A stretch of 64,000 nt of DNA from Dicyema japonicum (GCA_011109175.1 RDEW01000005.1:1856657-1920656); one strand, 5' to 3'; positions 23,247 through 36,950 are shown, numbered from the stretch's first letter. Notes: a model not told the origin generated them from the sequence alone. Numbers and translations are program-made.

Positions 23247-24999
23247 ACTCGGTCCGAAAGGGAAGTTTCTTTCGACAATTTGTAGAAATGAAATGTAGTA
23301 GTTTCGAAGACATACATTGAATGCATGAAGAAAAGATACAATTGACTCAGATGTGAGAGATGAGATGAGTTGGCAATTACAACTAATTGAAAGGGAAATG
23401 GTGATTTTCATCGATTCGGATGATTAAAATAAATTAGTGAGTTTGTCTGTATCTGTGTGAAATTATTGATTTTTAGGAATGCCCACGTGGCAGGTCCTTA
23501 AAATAAAAAGAGGTCGAAATATTGATTTTTTATATTAATGTTAAAATTAGATTTTGGAATCATTTCGACGTGATGGACCACGTGGGTCCCCAAAAAAACC
23601 TTCGTGACACTTTTTTGCTCTGAACTTCGGGTTTTTCCCGAGTCACCTCTTCCATGCTTACGAAAAGGGCATTTCTTCATCAAAAAGCTAAATAGGCATT
23701 TCTTGCGATAGAGGTACGTCACCGCTTCAACTTCCGACCACTTGGCATACTGGTCAGGGAGTGAAAATTCTAGAAATTATACAAAGTTTAGTAAAATTTT
23801 AATACTTTAATATATTTTATAAAAATTTTGATTTTTATAAAAATCAAAATTAACAAATTTTAGCATTTGGATTGCGCTCATTAATTGAATTTTGAATTAT
23901 TAGACAATTTTGTTTTTTTTCCAATCTGTTCCTCAAACCAAATAATTTTTTCACCCATTTTAATAACTTTTATGAGTTCTTCTAAACTCAGAGGACATTC
24001 AGTGCTATTATTAACACAGCCAAGTAAAAATTATCTAGAAATTAAATCTTTAAAATTTATTTAAACGACTACCTGTTTTTTGAGAACAGTATTTATTCAA
24101 AATAATCTTGCCTGATCGACATCAGTGTCGATGAGAATAGCACATTTCTGATGATAATTTCACTATTTGCCATATAAATCCCAGTAACATCAAGAATTTT
24201 ATAAAACTTTCCATGTAAATGGAAGGTTCTAGTTTAAATGGAATAAAATTTACATATAAAGAAACAAAAATATGAACGAATGAAATAATAAAATTTAACG
24301 AGTTAGAAAGCCATTTTGGCCCTAGATTCCACGAGGTTTCAGTTGCGACAAGCATGAAAACGAATTGTCATCTTGTGGTCGCTTATTTTTTAAGTAGTTT
24401 CAGCTCTTGCTGAGGTTGATCTTGGGTGAGTAAAGGAGAAACCATCGACACGAATTGCGTTCCAAGCCAGGGACTTTTCACCCTTTCACGGCTAAGCACG
24501 ATTGCTTATTCATGCTGACGATGTTCTCGGCTCATGTATCTCCATAAACTTGATTTTTAAAAAAGGTTTTTAGAATACATGAACTGTGTTGACGGTTGGT
24601 GCAGAACGAGGTTTGAACTTATTTACCAAGGAGACAAACATTATTCATTTTTTCCAATCTCAGAAAAAATCCACTCTGATTGTAGATTACATATGGTGAA
24701 GAGTGTGCAACTATTTCATTATTTTGGGAGTTTTATTTGGATGCAAAGGCGACTAAGCCAGGAGGAAGATAACTGTTCTGACAATACTTCATCTGCTCGG
24801 TGCATACTTTTTTGTTTTTTGAAAAATCATTTTCCCGTCATATGGATGAAAGTGATATTTTTTCTCTCTAAGGAAAGAATAAGTTATCCTAGTGTTTGAA
24901 AAGTCCAGGCGATCCGCTATAAACTTTGACTCCGTTTGAGGTCCGACCCACAGTTAAATAAAGAACATGGAAAATTATTGAGACAATTGAGGACGACTA

Positions 25000-25265
25000 T
25001 AATAAAACTGCGCTTTACGAAGAGCCACATCAGCTATAGCTCCTCCCAGTCAGGACATTCACGTTATTTAAGTAATCGATGAGGGAAAACCAAGGAATGT
25101 TCTTCACTTCTTATCTCTTTGTGTTTTGGTTCCGCAGTGAGATGATGACGTCACTCGTTAAGCCAAAGCATCATAGATGAAAGGATCCTTCAGCTGGAAA
25201 GTACAGCAGCGAGAATCTAACTAGGGACCATCTGGCTTTTTGCCAGCACTCGTTACAAAACCCAA
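25000..25265 (-). mobile_element. tRNA-derived SINE-like element, copy 2 (more decayed head)
   Basis: Reverse complement shares TGGCTTRACGAGTGAC, CTGCGGAACCA, CATTCCTTG-TT-TCCCTCATCGATT and CTGATRTGGCTC with 19785-20110. Confidence 0.6.
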
Positions 25266-25349
25266 CACAAAAAAGCGAAATAAATATTTTATGAATGCAC
25301 TTTATTCAACCAACCAAAAAGTTATTATTTGACTTTTATGTAGAAGTAA

Positions 25350-27780
25350 TACGAAACGGTAGGGCTTGCTAACAGACTTCTACCCAGACAGTCTCCCCAA
25401 GAAATAATTCAAACATAGGGTTATCTTCGAATATCTCAGATACTTTAGTGCGGTTTTTGAAACCTCGAATAAGATTTTCGATAATTCCGCCAGCCTTGCA
25501 AATTTTTCCTTCCAACCATAGGAAAATCGGTACACGATGATTTATCCCGCAAGCAAGTTTTAAAGAAAAATTACGCGTTTTCCCTTTTTTCTTGAGAATT
25601 GAATCTGTTCTTTTCGAGTCGTACCATCTATTCAAATATTCAAACATTGCAGGAAGTATTGCGGATTTAAAGACATGAAAAAAGGTCTCCGACTTGAGCT
25701 TTAACTTTCTAACGCAGAACAGAGCGTTCGTAGCATTTTCTTGCCCATTTTAGCATTTTCTATAAAATTACCTCCCTCGTCAATGAGGAGGCCAAGGTAT
25801 TTCATACTCTTCTTCCGAGGTATGACTTGTAACGTGTCCTTTAGGTTAGCCAGCCTCTTACTTCCAGTTATCCTCACCAGACTTCTTATGGGTGACTGAA
25901 AAAAAAGTTTCCATTAAACCACTCTTCGATCTGGTCCATGTACGTCTTCAAACGTTTCTCAGATACCAAATGGTTTAAAGAGACATCATAAATTATGACG
26001 TCATCAGCGTATATCAAGACTTCTGTACGTGGATTTACCGGTCAATCATTACAATGTTGAATAATAGAAAATTGAGCACTGAACCCTGAGGGATGCCTCT
26101 TCTCAGCCAAATTTCACGAAACTCATTGTTTAAAAAATTAACGATTGACCGTCTGACCGAGAGCAAACTTCGTATCCAAAAATAAAGTTCCTTTACAAAA
26201 CCACATTTTGTAAGACAAATAACAAGTCCAAGATGCCACATACTGTCGAAAGCTTTGCATATGTCAAAGCATACCGAGGTCAAACATCCCTTAGTATCTC
26301 CAAAGCCTTCACAATTGACGCGTTAAGACTGTACAAACAATCGCCACGAAAGCGATTTTTGCGAAAACCACATTGGTGCTATTTTAGTAGATAAATAGAC
26401 AAAGAATGAAAATATACGACATTTCAGTAATTATGGAATCAACTTAAATATCTATTTTTCAGTTTGATTATTTTTAATGGAATCGTAAATGCTGTAAAGT
26501 TTATAGGTAATTTTGATTCTTCACAAAAAGGATAGAAATTTCAAGCCCAAAAATATAAAATATCTAATTTTGTGTTTTATCAATGGGGAAATTTAATTGA
26601 CTTTTTAAGGTCAATATTTAGTTTTTAAGGGCAAGGTATATAGCCCAACCTGATACTGCATGTATAGATACATCACAGATATTCATAGAGTGGGCTGCTG
26701 CCTTGAAAAAAGGATAGCGATCTTGTCTTTTCATTGTTTTTAGTGCATTTTACTGCATTTTCAACTTCTATGGCATTTATAGGGCTGTGTGCATATGACT
26801 TTTTCTAGCTTTTCTTTTAGAGAACAAAGGACCAAACGAGAAAAGCGTCAGGAGTTAACCTGCAGTATTTTTGAAAGTTCATCCCCGAACAGGTTAGGAA
26901 TTTTTTGGAATTTCTTTTTTGGATTTAAGGTCATCGCCGAAATTTGTTTTTCAAAAGGACTACAACATTTTTGGGGTCAAAGGAGAATTCTTGTTACCGA
27001 ATAAACTTTATTCGCATAATTCCTGTGATGCGATCTGCAAGTCCGAACTGTAGAACAATGTACCCGTTCCAGCAGTTTCCCTTTAATGTCTAGAGAACGA
27101 TATCCCTCAATTCGAAAATTATCATCACTCTTTAACTTTGTTTCATTAATAATTAATATATTCCGTGATTGGTGGATAGCATATCCACCAATCTCTGAAC
27201 GCCTTTTCTTTAAGGATCGAGCGTTTACCGCAATAATAGTAAGATCAGATTTCATGTTTTTAGAACCTCTGCTTCTCCAAAAAAAAGTGAACAGGGTCCG
27301 GACGTCGAGTCCTTTTTCGACAAAAATATCAACTAGTTTGTTAACAGTATTTATCAATTCCATGCTTGAAAGTTGGCCTTCCACCAGATTAGGAGTACTG
27401 ACAGTATTCTCTTTGTTCATGTAATTGGAAACAATGTGGTATTGTCAGAGGTTCGGTTAGTTGTCATGACCGACATTTTTGTATGTCATTTGGGTTGAAA
27501 AATCACATTTTTTTGGGCGTAGGATTTCCCTAGATGCTTTCAACAACTTCAGCTTTAACCCACTTAACGGATCGAAACACTTGCTTAGTCATGTCTTTTA
27601 TTCTTCTTTCTTTAAAAGTAGCATTTGCTGAAGAGCAACTACCTTAACAAGCCAAATGCATAAACTGTCTCACATTCAAGCCAAAATCACCGACACAAGG
27701 CAAATTCAAGCCTCCTTAGTGTAATATGTGCCTTACTGGCAGTCACAGAGTGTGATAGAATGTTGAAACGAGAGTCATGT
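25350..27780 (-). mobile_element. Decayed near-full-length LINE (ORF1 knuckle remnant, APE, RT, 3' region)
   Basis: LTIIAVNARSL...INETKL (APE), CFDICKAFDSMWHLGL and GIPQGSVL..LLFNI (RT), and a YADDV-like motif near 26000. Confidence 0.75.
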
Positions 27781-27812
27781 TTTAACTTCCATATTCACTA
27801 CAATTGAATCAT

Positions 27813-27846
27813 GGATCATGTAAGACGAAACAGCTTGTCCTGATCC
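27813..27846 (+). ncRNA. Decayed minimal hammerhead-ribozyme-like motif
   Basis: GGATCA...CGAAAC AGCTT GTC CTGATCC gives a stem I pair, GAAA, a stem III with a near-palindromic AGCT loop and a GUC triplet. The CUGAUGA core is missing. Confidence 0.35.
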
Positions 27847-28089
27847 GATATAGTTTACTGATCGGTAGGTATTTCAATTCTTTTTTTGGATTTATAGTTT
27901 TCTACGGGTTTATCTCACTTAGTGAATTTTTGCCAGTTGTAATTGCTTTTTCCAACTATTCTTTTTGTTTAAATTATTCCACACATCAACAGACATGTGC
28001 AATATCATATGGCGTCTTCCAACTCTGCCTTATATACCCCAATCATGTGTGATTGGCTGTCATTAAGTTGAAAAAATGAATGGAATCAC

Positions 28090-28330
28090 CAAAGGACGCA
28101 CCACGTCCTGAGGTTGGCCCCGATATCCCCTCCGAATATCGCAATGGAAGATTACTACTCCTCCAATGTAAAACGCTTTCGTGGAAGACCGAGAACTACC
28201 CTCCCGGTCGTTCTACAAAACGATCTGAAAGCCGTGAAGAAAACATTGACATCTTGTGACGATCTGGAATCACTGAGGGACCTAGCAAAGAACAGAAGAG
28301 CTTGGAGCAACCTAACTAATTCTCTTATAT
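28090..28330 (+). mobile_element. RTE 3' fragment
   Basis: AMEDYYS..KRFRGRPRTTLPVVLQNDLK..DDLESLRDLAKNRRAWSNLT. Confidence 0.75.
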
Positions 28331-28513
28331 TTTTACTGCACATGCGGAAAGTGCTAATAATATTAAAGGACGCACCAAGCAATTATTTCCCAAAGACTAG
28401 TTTAAATAAGATTATTAATTTGATTTAATTTTAATAAAATATATACAAATAGATATAACCACAGAGAAATAAGTATAAATAATGAAAGATAATTAAAAGT
28501 CTACAAAAGTCAA

Positions 28514-29490
28514 TCAGACCTTAGGGGGAGGTCTAAACTGCCCAACAACCATAGCATGGTCTCTCTCATATGGCTCCAAAGTGATCTGCTCCATTGGCTT
28601 TACCTTCTCCGTCCTAAGTTTATTCACTTCTGCCGCAAAAATGGCTTCAGGTTCAGCGGTCGAGTCAATACAGTTAGCCTCCAATAACACACATGTAAAA
28701 CCTTAATCGAAATTACCACATGTCCACCATTCTTCAGGAAATGGTGGGCATTTATGGCTACTATTCTAGCCTGATCAGGTTGGGCTACATCCGCGAATAC
28801 TGTATCCACCATTCCTGCAATAAAAACAAGTCATTACCGACTAGCATCCTGTATTTGTGAGGATGTCGGGCATCTTCAATGATGGGGATCACGTTGGTCC
28901 TCTTTCTGGCCATAGAGAGGAGATCTCGTCCACATCTCACGGAAAATTCGACGGCATAAACCAATCCTTCCTAAAAATTAATCTCATGTTGTATAACAGG
29001 TCCGACTATATCAGACACGTGGGAGACGGTTGTACCCGAAGCAGCTCCCAAGTAAAGGACCTTACAACCAGGAGAAATATGAATCTGGCCAATTCCGCCT
29101 AGAATAGCGGCCGCCAACTTTGAACGAAAAGGATTCCAAGCACGGTACTCGATCTTGTCCCCATTATCGACCTGAAATGACAAATAAGAGTACCTTAACA
29201 CTGATTCTCTTCTCTCCGTACACATCCTCCCCGGGTACAAAGCTTTTCGTAAGGAGAACGTCTTCCTTTTGTCTTGCGATGAAGATTCCTGGGAAATAAA
29301 GTGTGATTGGCAACCGGGAAGTCGGTGATCTTCCACGACAACCTTACTTCCCCCACGAAATCCGCCTCTTCCACCACCACCACGAGAAGAAGAAGAACCA
29401 CGAAATGAACCTCCGCCACGACCCCTCTTGATCCGTTCATTCCACCACGGCCACCTCTGCCAGCGTTTATTCCGCACGATTCCTCTGTTT
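28514..29490 (-). CDS. FBL: Fibrillarin (rRNA 2'-O-methyltransferase), start codon uncertain
   Basis: GAR domain, [70 protein letters not shown] and [13 protein letters not shown]. Five introns of 22-27 nt. Confidence 0.95.
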
Positions 29491-30099
29491 ATTAAATGAA
29501 TTATCTAAATTTTTAACTAAGGCACACTTCGAATCATAAAACACGTTTAAAATATAATTTTTAAATAATCTTAATTTTTTAAATAATCTTAATTAAATAA
29601 ATTATAAAATTAATTAATCAAAATTTTGTTTAAATTTTCCAATTAATTATTCTTCAAATTGGAGTTTCCAGTTAAGGTATACCATCCAGGCATACGAGAG
29701 TCTGGATGGGGAAGAGAAAATGGTTCTTTTTGGTGTTATTCGACACTGTGTGCCCCATAAAAGGTGAACCACATGACGCCACGCTAACATTACAAAATTT
29801 TCCACCAAACTTGAAATTGAAAAATTTGAAACCCAACACTTTCAGCTGAACACTTGATGACCGCTGTCCTCCTACATTTAATGAGGTCATGACTAACTGA
29901 CCAGTCCAAGTTATTTTGCTTCAATTCTATCGACGAACTGTAAAAAATTATATCTCAAATCAAGTCCCTATTGATCATCTTACTGAGAATCAAAAATAAT
30001 TCTCATTGCTGACCATCTGGTAGTACTCTAAAGTTCTAAAGCTCTAAAGTTCCTCTTCCAGGTTTAAAATTTGAGACTATCTCTGTGACTCTATTTGCA

Positions 30100-30560
30100 A
30101 ATCCCTAAAAAAAGTCATTATAACAACCTGCGATTTGTCTCGATGCTATCCTCCATCTCATCTAGTCCCCAAGACCAGGACCGTTTGAAACAGATACCAG
30201 ATTTTGTTTCCACAAGAGTCATCCGAAAACTCAATTATAACAAAATACTACGCCGGCCCCTTCTTCCAATCAGATTCCCCCATATTGAAGGACATCCTCG
30301 TAAACCTTGCTTGTCTACAGTGTCCTCTCTAACGATATACGTATGTAAACTGGATGATGCAAGAGATTCTTTTGTAATCTCTCTGAGTTGACAGAATATC
30401 ATATTTTTGAATTTCCTGAACTTGTAAGTTGTCCGTCTACCACGCGAAAGTTTATCGAACTATGGGAGAGATTTCATTTCTGCCTTTCACTTAATAACCG
30501 CCAGTTTCCTCAAATTATTGATGCCTGGGTTACTTAACTAAATTATCCTGAAAAATTATT
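30100..30560 (+). mobile_element. Probable Penelope-like element remnant (GIY-YIG region)
   Basis: Decayed Cys-rich segment followed by NII(F/Y)..C and Y..K.YRT-like motifs across frames. Weak match only. Confidence 0.35.
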
Positions 30561-30609
30561 TCCTACTTCCTTGCAGAAACGTAAAAAACCCTGGCCATTT
30601 CTCAACATC

Positions 30610-31000
30610 GCCTCCTCTGAAAGGAGATTGGCGATAGATGTGCTGTCCGATTGGTTAAACTCTATGGTTTTCCGCCTGAGAGTCATAAAGCGTTAACGCC
30701 TCATTTAACAGAAGCAACTTTTTTAACAGAGAAAGAAAAGGAAGAAGACATATTTATCCCGAAAACATCATTAATTTCAGATGCGGTGGTGTTCAAAATC
30801 ATGAGACTTAAATTCCTGCTGAGGCTTAGCTGCGGAACGACGATAAAAAATTCCCAAGGCTAGTCATCAAACTTAATTTAGAAACAGATTATTTTCTCAT
30901 TTGAAATTATTGCAGGGCGCTCAAAAATAGGTTGGGAGATAATCTGTACATACAAAAGATAAAAGAGTGCGAACATTTGCCATCGTGGACTATCAAGGAC
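30610..31000 (+). mobile_element. Helitron PIF1-helicase C-terminal remnant
   Basis: EEDIFIPKTSLISDA..FKIMRLKFLLRLSCGTTIKNSQG, then LNLETDYF and RLGDNLYI, matching the Helitron pattern IPRI..FPVRLAFAMTINKSQG..CFSHGQLYVA.SRV. Confidence 0.75.
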
Positions 31001-31118
31001 ACTGAGAAATAATACGCCTCATTCCGACCGGGGTAACTGGATAAAACAAGGTATATCAAAGGGTTATTAAAATAACAATAAAGACAATTATTTTAAAAAA
31101 TTGATATTACGAACAGAG

Positions 31119-31526
31119 TCAACATAAAAAACCAAATCCCCGAGTTCATTAATAGTATTTTCTATCATAGAGTTGTACTCACTTACGCGCTGCTTCAGTT
31201 CTGATACTCCTCCGTCTTGTCACGATCCACGTGGTCCCAGTTATGTCCTCGTGTCGCTTGATGGAAACTCCATTTAGAAAATTGGATAAAATTGAATAAT
31301 TTCCTTTCACAAAGTCGATCTGTTCATACATAGCTTGTGCACGTGCAGATATCCTGGTCTTGAGTTTTGTCTTACTCTCTTCCTTGAGGAATTTGACAGT
31401 ACAAATGGAAAATAATTGATTGATCATATCCCTGAGTTTATATTTATTAAATTGTATCATTTTCAGAGATTCGTCGCATAATCTTAGAGCCTCTTCACCA
31501 GTGATATCAGCAGGACTAACAGACAT
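31119..31526 (-). CDS. Small host protein, possibly MIT-domain-like three-helix bundle
   Basis: A 115-aa exon follows an AT-rich island and ends at a GTAAGT donor with a 25-nt intron. The helix pattern EALRLCDESL..KYK..KFLKEE..KTRISARA weakly resembles MIT. Confidence 0.4.
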
Positions 31527-31974
31527 AACTATTTAAATTTTAAATTAACAAATTTAATTTATGATTTATTTACAGTTATTAAAATTAATATTTGACCCGT
31601 ATAAAAATTCCCAGAAGCAACTTTGTGAGCAGCGTGTCGCCGTGTGGTGCTTTGTGGCTAATTGGTTGAAGTTTCTGTTTGTTCGTCTGTTCCTCCTCTC
31701 TCTTCCTATTAGAGTGACGTCATGTGATCCACCTGTCTAGGTGGCGCCCAGTCTGGAAAGGAATTAACTTTTCTGTGCAATGCAGCATAAAGGTGGAAAG
31801 GTGTTCCTTAAATTGCACCAAAATCCCATCAATGGTTTGTTTTCAAATAAAATAAATACTTCCTGTGAGCTTTTGAGATCAATAAAGGACTCTTTAATTT
31901 TGAGATCATCATTTTCAACAGCCTTGGTTAAAAAAACTACAATTTGGTCATGAACTGGATCGGGAGAAATATGC

Positions 31975-32290
31975 TTAGAATGTTAAACTCATTTTCAAGA
32001 TCATTTTTAGAATTAAAATATCTTGCGAATCATTTCCGAGACGATAATGTCGGCAGGCCGATGAAAGGGTAAAAAGGTGGAATTTGCCAAACAGTTCTGT
32101 AAATTGTACGGTCGTTTTTGTCTCTTGTAGACAGCAGATAAAAACGTCGTATTTTGTTAAATTGCATGCCAGTTGGTGTTTCTTGTGAGGTTGTTTAAGT
32201 CCTCTGCAATTAAAAGATCCCACAGTGAACGGAGAAGTCAGTGAGAAATACAAATAAAAGATAGTGCAATAGAGGCGTCATCACCACCTT
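31975..32290 (-). mobile_element. RTE 5' region and APE N-terminus
   Basis: FTVGSFNCRGLKQPHKKHQLACNL..YDVFICCLQETK. The upstream motif GGTGGTGATGACGCCTCTATTGCACT is shared with 55138-55163. Confidence 0.7.
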
Positions 32291-32828
32291 CTTTTTCCAT
32301 AAAAATAATTTTATTTTTGAATGCTGCTATTTTTTTATTAACAAGAATTGAGTATACGTTTTTACCTTCTTATAACATTACTAGTCTATCAAATACTAAA
32401 AATGTCTGCAATTTAAATCAATTTGGCTAGGGATTTAAGAATTTTGGATAAAATTTGATATCCATGATCATTCAAAAACTGATAATAACCTCATAAAACT
32501 CTCTTGAACACCCAAAATTGGGTAGAAAGTCACAAACTTTTTTATTTACTTAGAACCCAATTGATTGCAACTATCACTATCAACCCCCAAATAATAATTA
32601 TGAAGAAAGTTAAGCACAGCTAACCACATCAGTCCACACCGCACATGTCAATTATCAGCTATGCTCCTACCTTTTCCCTATTACTCCATAAAAGGAGAAT
32701 GTAGAGGCGTTGACACCACATTAATCAGCAATTTTTAAGCTAAGACACTAAACAGGCACAATTAACGACCAATACAGATTCATTGACCCAAAAAAACAGT
32801 TTACCAATATTAGAGAAGATATCTAAAG

Positions 32829-33949
32829 TTATAAAATCTTAAACTTGAAGGGATAAAATCCAAGCTTTGATTTAACAAAGAGAAGGAGCAGAGAGACCAT
32901 CAAAGTGAACAGGACAATCCCAACATTCAAGTCAACTCAATTAAACACTCACAAACCTCTGGTACCACCTAATATTGAAATTTCAGAAATCATCAGACCG
33001 AAGGAAATGGAAATACCAAAGTCTAAAAGTCAACAAAAAACTAACACATTAGTGAGACAGCAAAGGATTCGAATCCCAACTGGAAGTTATCTCCGGGATA
33101 AAACAACATCTACATTAATTCCAGGTTATCAAACCACAGAATTATCTTGGTAGGCGGCAATAAAAGGAGAGCCTCTGATGAACACAAACATGTAGCCTGA
33201 GATAAAAAATGTGACAACAATCTACAGTAAACATTAAAATAACCGTGGAAATCCATTTCCAGAGTTTTTTCTGCCGAAGACGGTTGACTAGTCCCTTTTG
33301 AAGGTACAAAACTGTCAGTAGAACAAAAATGCATATCAATATTGCTGCAAACACGTTGTAATTTGGGGGACGGTGAAGTTTGAACTAAACTAGGTAATGA
33401 AAAAAAACCTTATTTCCCGTCTTCAATGCGATAAATCTGCCGATTTCGTGAGATTTAAAATTCCTAGGATTAAAAAAAAGACAACGTGAATTGTTTTTGC
33501 ACATTCGAGGCAGAAACGTAGAGATAGTGAGGAATGCTCTGAATTTTATACTAGTGGTAAAAATGGAAAATCACACCAAATTAAATAGACTAAAACAAGA
33601 TTTGTACTCAACGACACCAAAAAACGTGTCTGTGAAAACCACATTTTCCTTTTTGAACGACGAAAGGGCGATTTCCAGTTCATTATAAACGAAACTAGAA
33701 ATTCATCAAATTTGAACTCGCATGGTTTGCAGTTATGGACAGGATCCTTTGAGATGAAAAGCAAAAAAAAGGAATAATTCTTTTCTCTAGCGCTGACCAA
33801 ATTTATGTCGCTGTTTGTCAACCAGATTATTCCATTTTCATTTATCTTAGAAACCAGTTTATTGTAATTTGAATCACTGTTCTGAAAAAAATTAATATTT
33901 AATACTTTAGTTGATATAATTAGGTTTATAGCACAACACAAAGAATCAT
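32829..33949 (-). CDS. MAGT1: Oligosaccharyltransferase subunit OST3/OST6 family (MAGT1/TUSC3)
   Basis: Signal peptide, NYSFFLLF....HNCKPCEF (CxxC thioredoxin fold), TM helices, IRGSPF and C-terminal FVKSKLGFYPF. MAGT1 versus TUSC3 cannot be resolved. Confidence 0.8.
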
Positions 33950-34059
33950 ACTAGAATTAATAGACAAAATTTAAATTAATTAAAATATTTTGTTTTTTTG
34001 TTACTTTTTGATTTATTGTAATTGATTAAGTACGCAAAACAAAGTTAAAATAGCGAAAG

Positions 34060-36950
34060 TTCTAATTGACTACATCGCTTGTCCGGTTTGGATTCAATAT
34101 TGCCCATGTGTCAATCACATGTGAATGGATTAGAAGAGGCCCGCAAGGGTGCTACAACTGACAACGATATGGACATATATCCTCTTTCTGTAAGAAGACG
34201 AGATGTCTCCATTATGCACGGACACACGACCTAGCTGCATGTGGAGAGACACCTGGGAGCAGAATGAATTGCATCAACTGTGGCTCAATTGCACATTGTT
34301 CTAGAGATGGTGGATATCCAGTCGCCAAAAAGGCTCAACAAAACCAGCAGAGGATAACAACGAAAAACGATGGGTAGGCTATAACAGTCGATATTGAGAG
34401 GTCGTGAATAGAAAGAGAGCTAGGCAAAACCTGAACCTACATAAGATATAGACGGAAGGTAGGCCTGCGGAAAAGAATACCACAGAGGCACATAACCCTG
34501 CTGAGAGGGAGCGACGAGTGGCTGGCACTAAAAGTAATGAGCGGGATTGGCAGAGCAAAAAGATCGTCTCTGAGAGGATCTACCAGGAACTTGAAGAGAT
34601 CATTTCGAGGCTAAAGGAGCTCAGTCAATTTTGGAAATGGATTTATTGGCAATTGAGAGTCCAGGGCATCCAAATATCAGTTTAAAAGAAGTTTTAAGAT
34701 AGTGCTGGTGAATCCCCGATCCCCAGGAAAGAGCATCATGATCTGGTACTACTTGCGACGGTCACGTCTTGGTGGTCAACGAGAAAATTCAAGAACGCTA
34801 ACATTCACATTATGGAAGGATACCACTCGGTGGATATACTACGGAATGATGGCGCGATAGCTGGTACAAGAACATCCGTCTTCTATCGTGATGACTTATA
34901 AGTATGGGTTCCAAACATCATCTCGGCCTCTCAATGCGAGTTCGTATCCATTGAAATTCGTTGTTGTGGACCATAGATCAGTATGGGGCCTATATTCGAA
35001 GGAATTGCTTTGCGGAGATTACTAGTTTTTTGAATGAAATCCGAGGTCAATCCTGGTGGGTGACCTAAATGCGAAGAACGTGAACTACGGATGCTATAAA
35101 ACGAACAGAAATAGACGACGACTGGAACTCTTAACCGAACATACTGGGATTGAGGTCCTGACAACGGAGGACCATAATCACTTCTCTCACTATGATGGAG
35201 ATATGCTTGGGGTCCTCCTTGTGTCACAACAACTGAACACCTATCTGGAGAAACCAAAAACAATGTGAAACGTCGGAAGCGATCATATCCTGCAGGAACT
35301 TATTATAAATTTGGAACCGGATATTGTCGAAGATATCTTCCTTACGACATATCGTGTGTAGACTGGGATCATTATCGTCAATATCTGAGGAAAAACTTGC
35401 ATAGATGAACGAGAATTCCTTTAACGAGAGATGAGATAGACGTTGCAAACAGAGGGATATCTAATCTCATGCTTACCTACTTACCGCTGTATGGCAGAAG
35501 GATATTTTCGAAAGGCAATTCTATAAAGAGGAGGTGGATAGGAATGGCTCTCACAGAAAAAAATTAAAATGATTAAAATAGCCACAGAAAAGAAATGTAG
35601 AAGTAGGGGCGGAGATGGAGAGACGAAACGTCGAAACTGGACGTCAAAAACACACCCTTTTGGAAAAGTTACAAGAAACTCAGTAGTTCCAGGGCAGACG
35701 CAGGCAATATTCTCCTTGATAATCAAGATGGGGGCACATATTTATTGGAGGATGTCCCAAATATATTAATGGCTATAAAGGCTATAACTAAAAAAGATTC
35801 CCTTGAACTCACTATATTCCTTGAACGGACTCAGCGCTGTTGAGGAGGAAACCACTTTGGGGGAGATCAAGACGGTAATCAAGAATGTGAGACCAATTCT
35901 TCGAGGTTTGACTTCATCAACATGAGAATGTTCGAGGATAGACCGGAGGCCTTGCTGTTTGTTCTACAAAATTTGTTTAACGCAAGCATAAAGTGTGGAC
36001 AAATTCCAGAATGGTGGAAGAATTCAATAGTTAAGATGGTATTAAAGTCTGGAAAGGATCCTCTAAGAGATAGTCCGACCATCCTTATATGCTCGATATC
36101 TAAGATTATCGAACGAATTATCTTCTAGTCAGAGGCTAGTCTAGTAAGAGGCTAGTCAGCTTATTGAAGAGCGTAATGTCCTTTTTTCGCAAAAATGGAG
36201 ATTTCAACTTTGGAAGTCATGCACATACTGAATCTACCTATTGAATACATTAATCATGAGGACGATCAGTACAAGAGACAGCTGAACCTTGTATGCCTTG
36301 ATATCTCCAAGGCTTTCGATAGTGTTTGGCACGAAGTCCTCCTATCATATCTGGTGCCATCAAATGTTCCGAAATTCTTATCTTTGGTCAGCTATACACC
36401 CTTGGAGTGACGAGAGTAAGCTCACTTTGTTACTTGGGATTCACGATTGACTATGAAGGCTCATTTCTTAAGGACATTAAATTAAGAAGAAAAAGAGCAC
36501 TAAAAACACTTTTATTCACACGAAAATTTAAGGTCAGCAAGAGACCTTCTTATTTATCTTCCAGCGGATAATCTTTCTTAGTTTACTACATGGGTGTGAA
36601 GCATCGTATTTTTAAACAAGGGAGACAGGATACTCTCTTTAACGGAGACGAGAAGGACAGCGACTAAGTTGTAGGCTTTGTTACGATCTCAGAGGACTAT
36701 ACGTAGAAGACAGGAAATAACGAATTTCAACGAAAAAAAACTTTGTCAAATCCAGCAGACTTTTAACTTTAACAACTTTATTAGCAAGGAAAAAATTAAA
36801 GAGGGAGTTATTTTGCCTCATGCTGCAAGTCCTGAAAACGCTTGGACTCTTCTCTGCGCTCTCAGACCCCTCTTATCGTTTATTCTGTGCTGCAACATAC
36901 GAGTCAATGATGGCATCTTTTTTCAGGTAGTTTTCCATCCATTTTTCTGC
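34060..36950 (+). mobile_element. Decayed near-full-length Jockey/I/CR1-type LINE (gag knuckles, APE, RT)
   Basis: CYN*QRYGH..FC, a second decayed knuckle and CINCGSIAH (ORF1). GDLNAKN..YG (APE). WKNSIVKMVLKSGKDP and CLDISKAFDSVWHE (RT). Confidence 0.82.

Noticed and set aside
24100-24560. Long frame with scattered TGA/TAA stops, suggesting stop-codon reassignment
   Set aside because: No recognisable protein, and conserved genes in the window end normally at TAA or TGA with no internal stops after splicing. The standard code fits.
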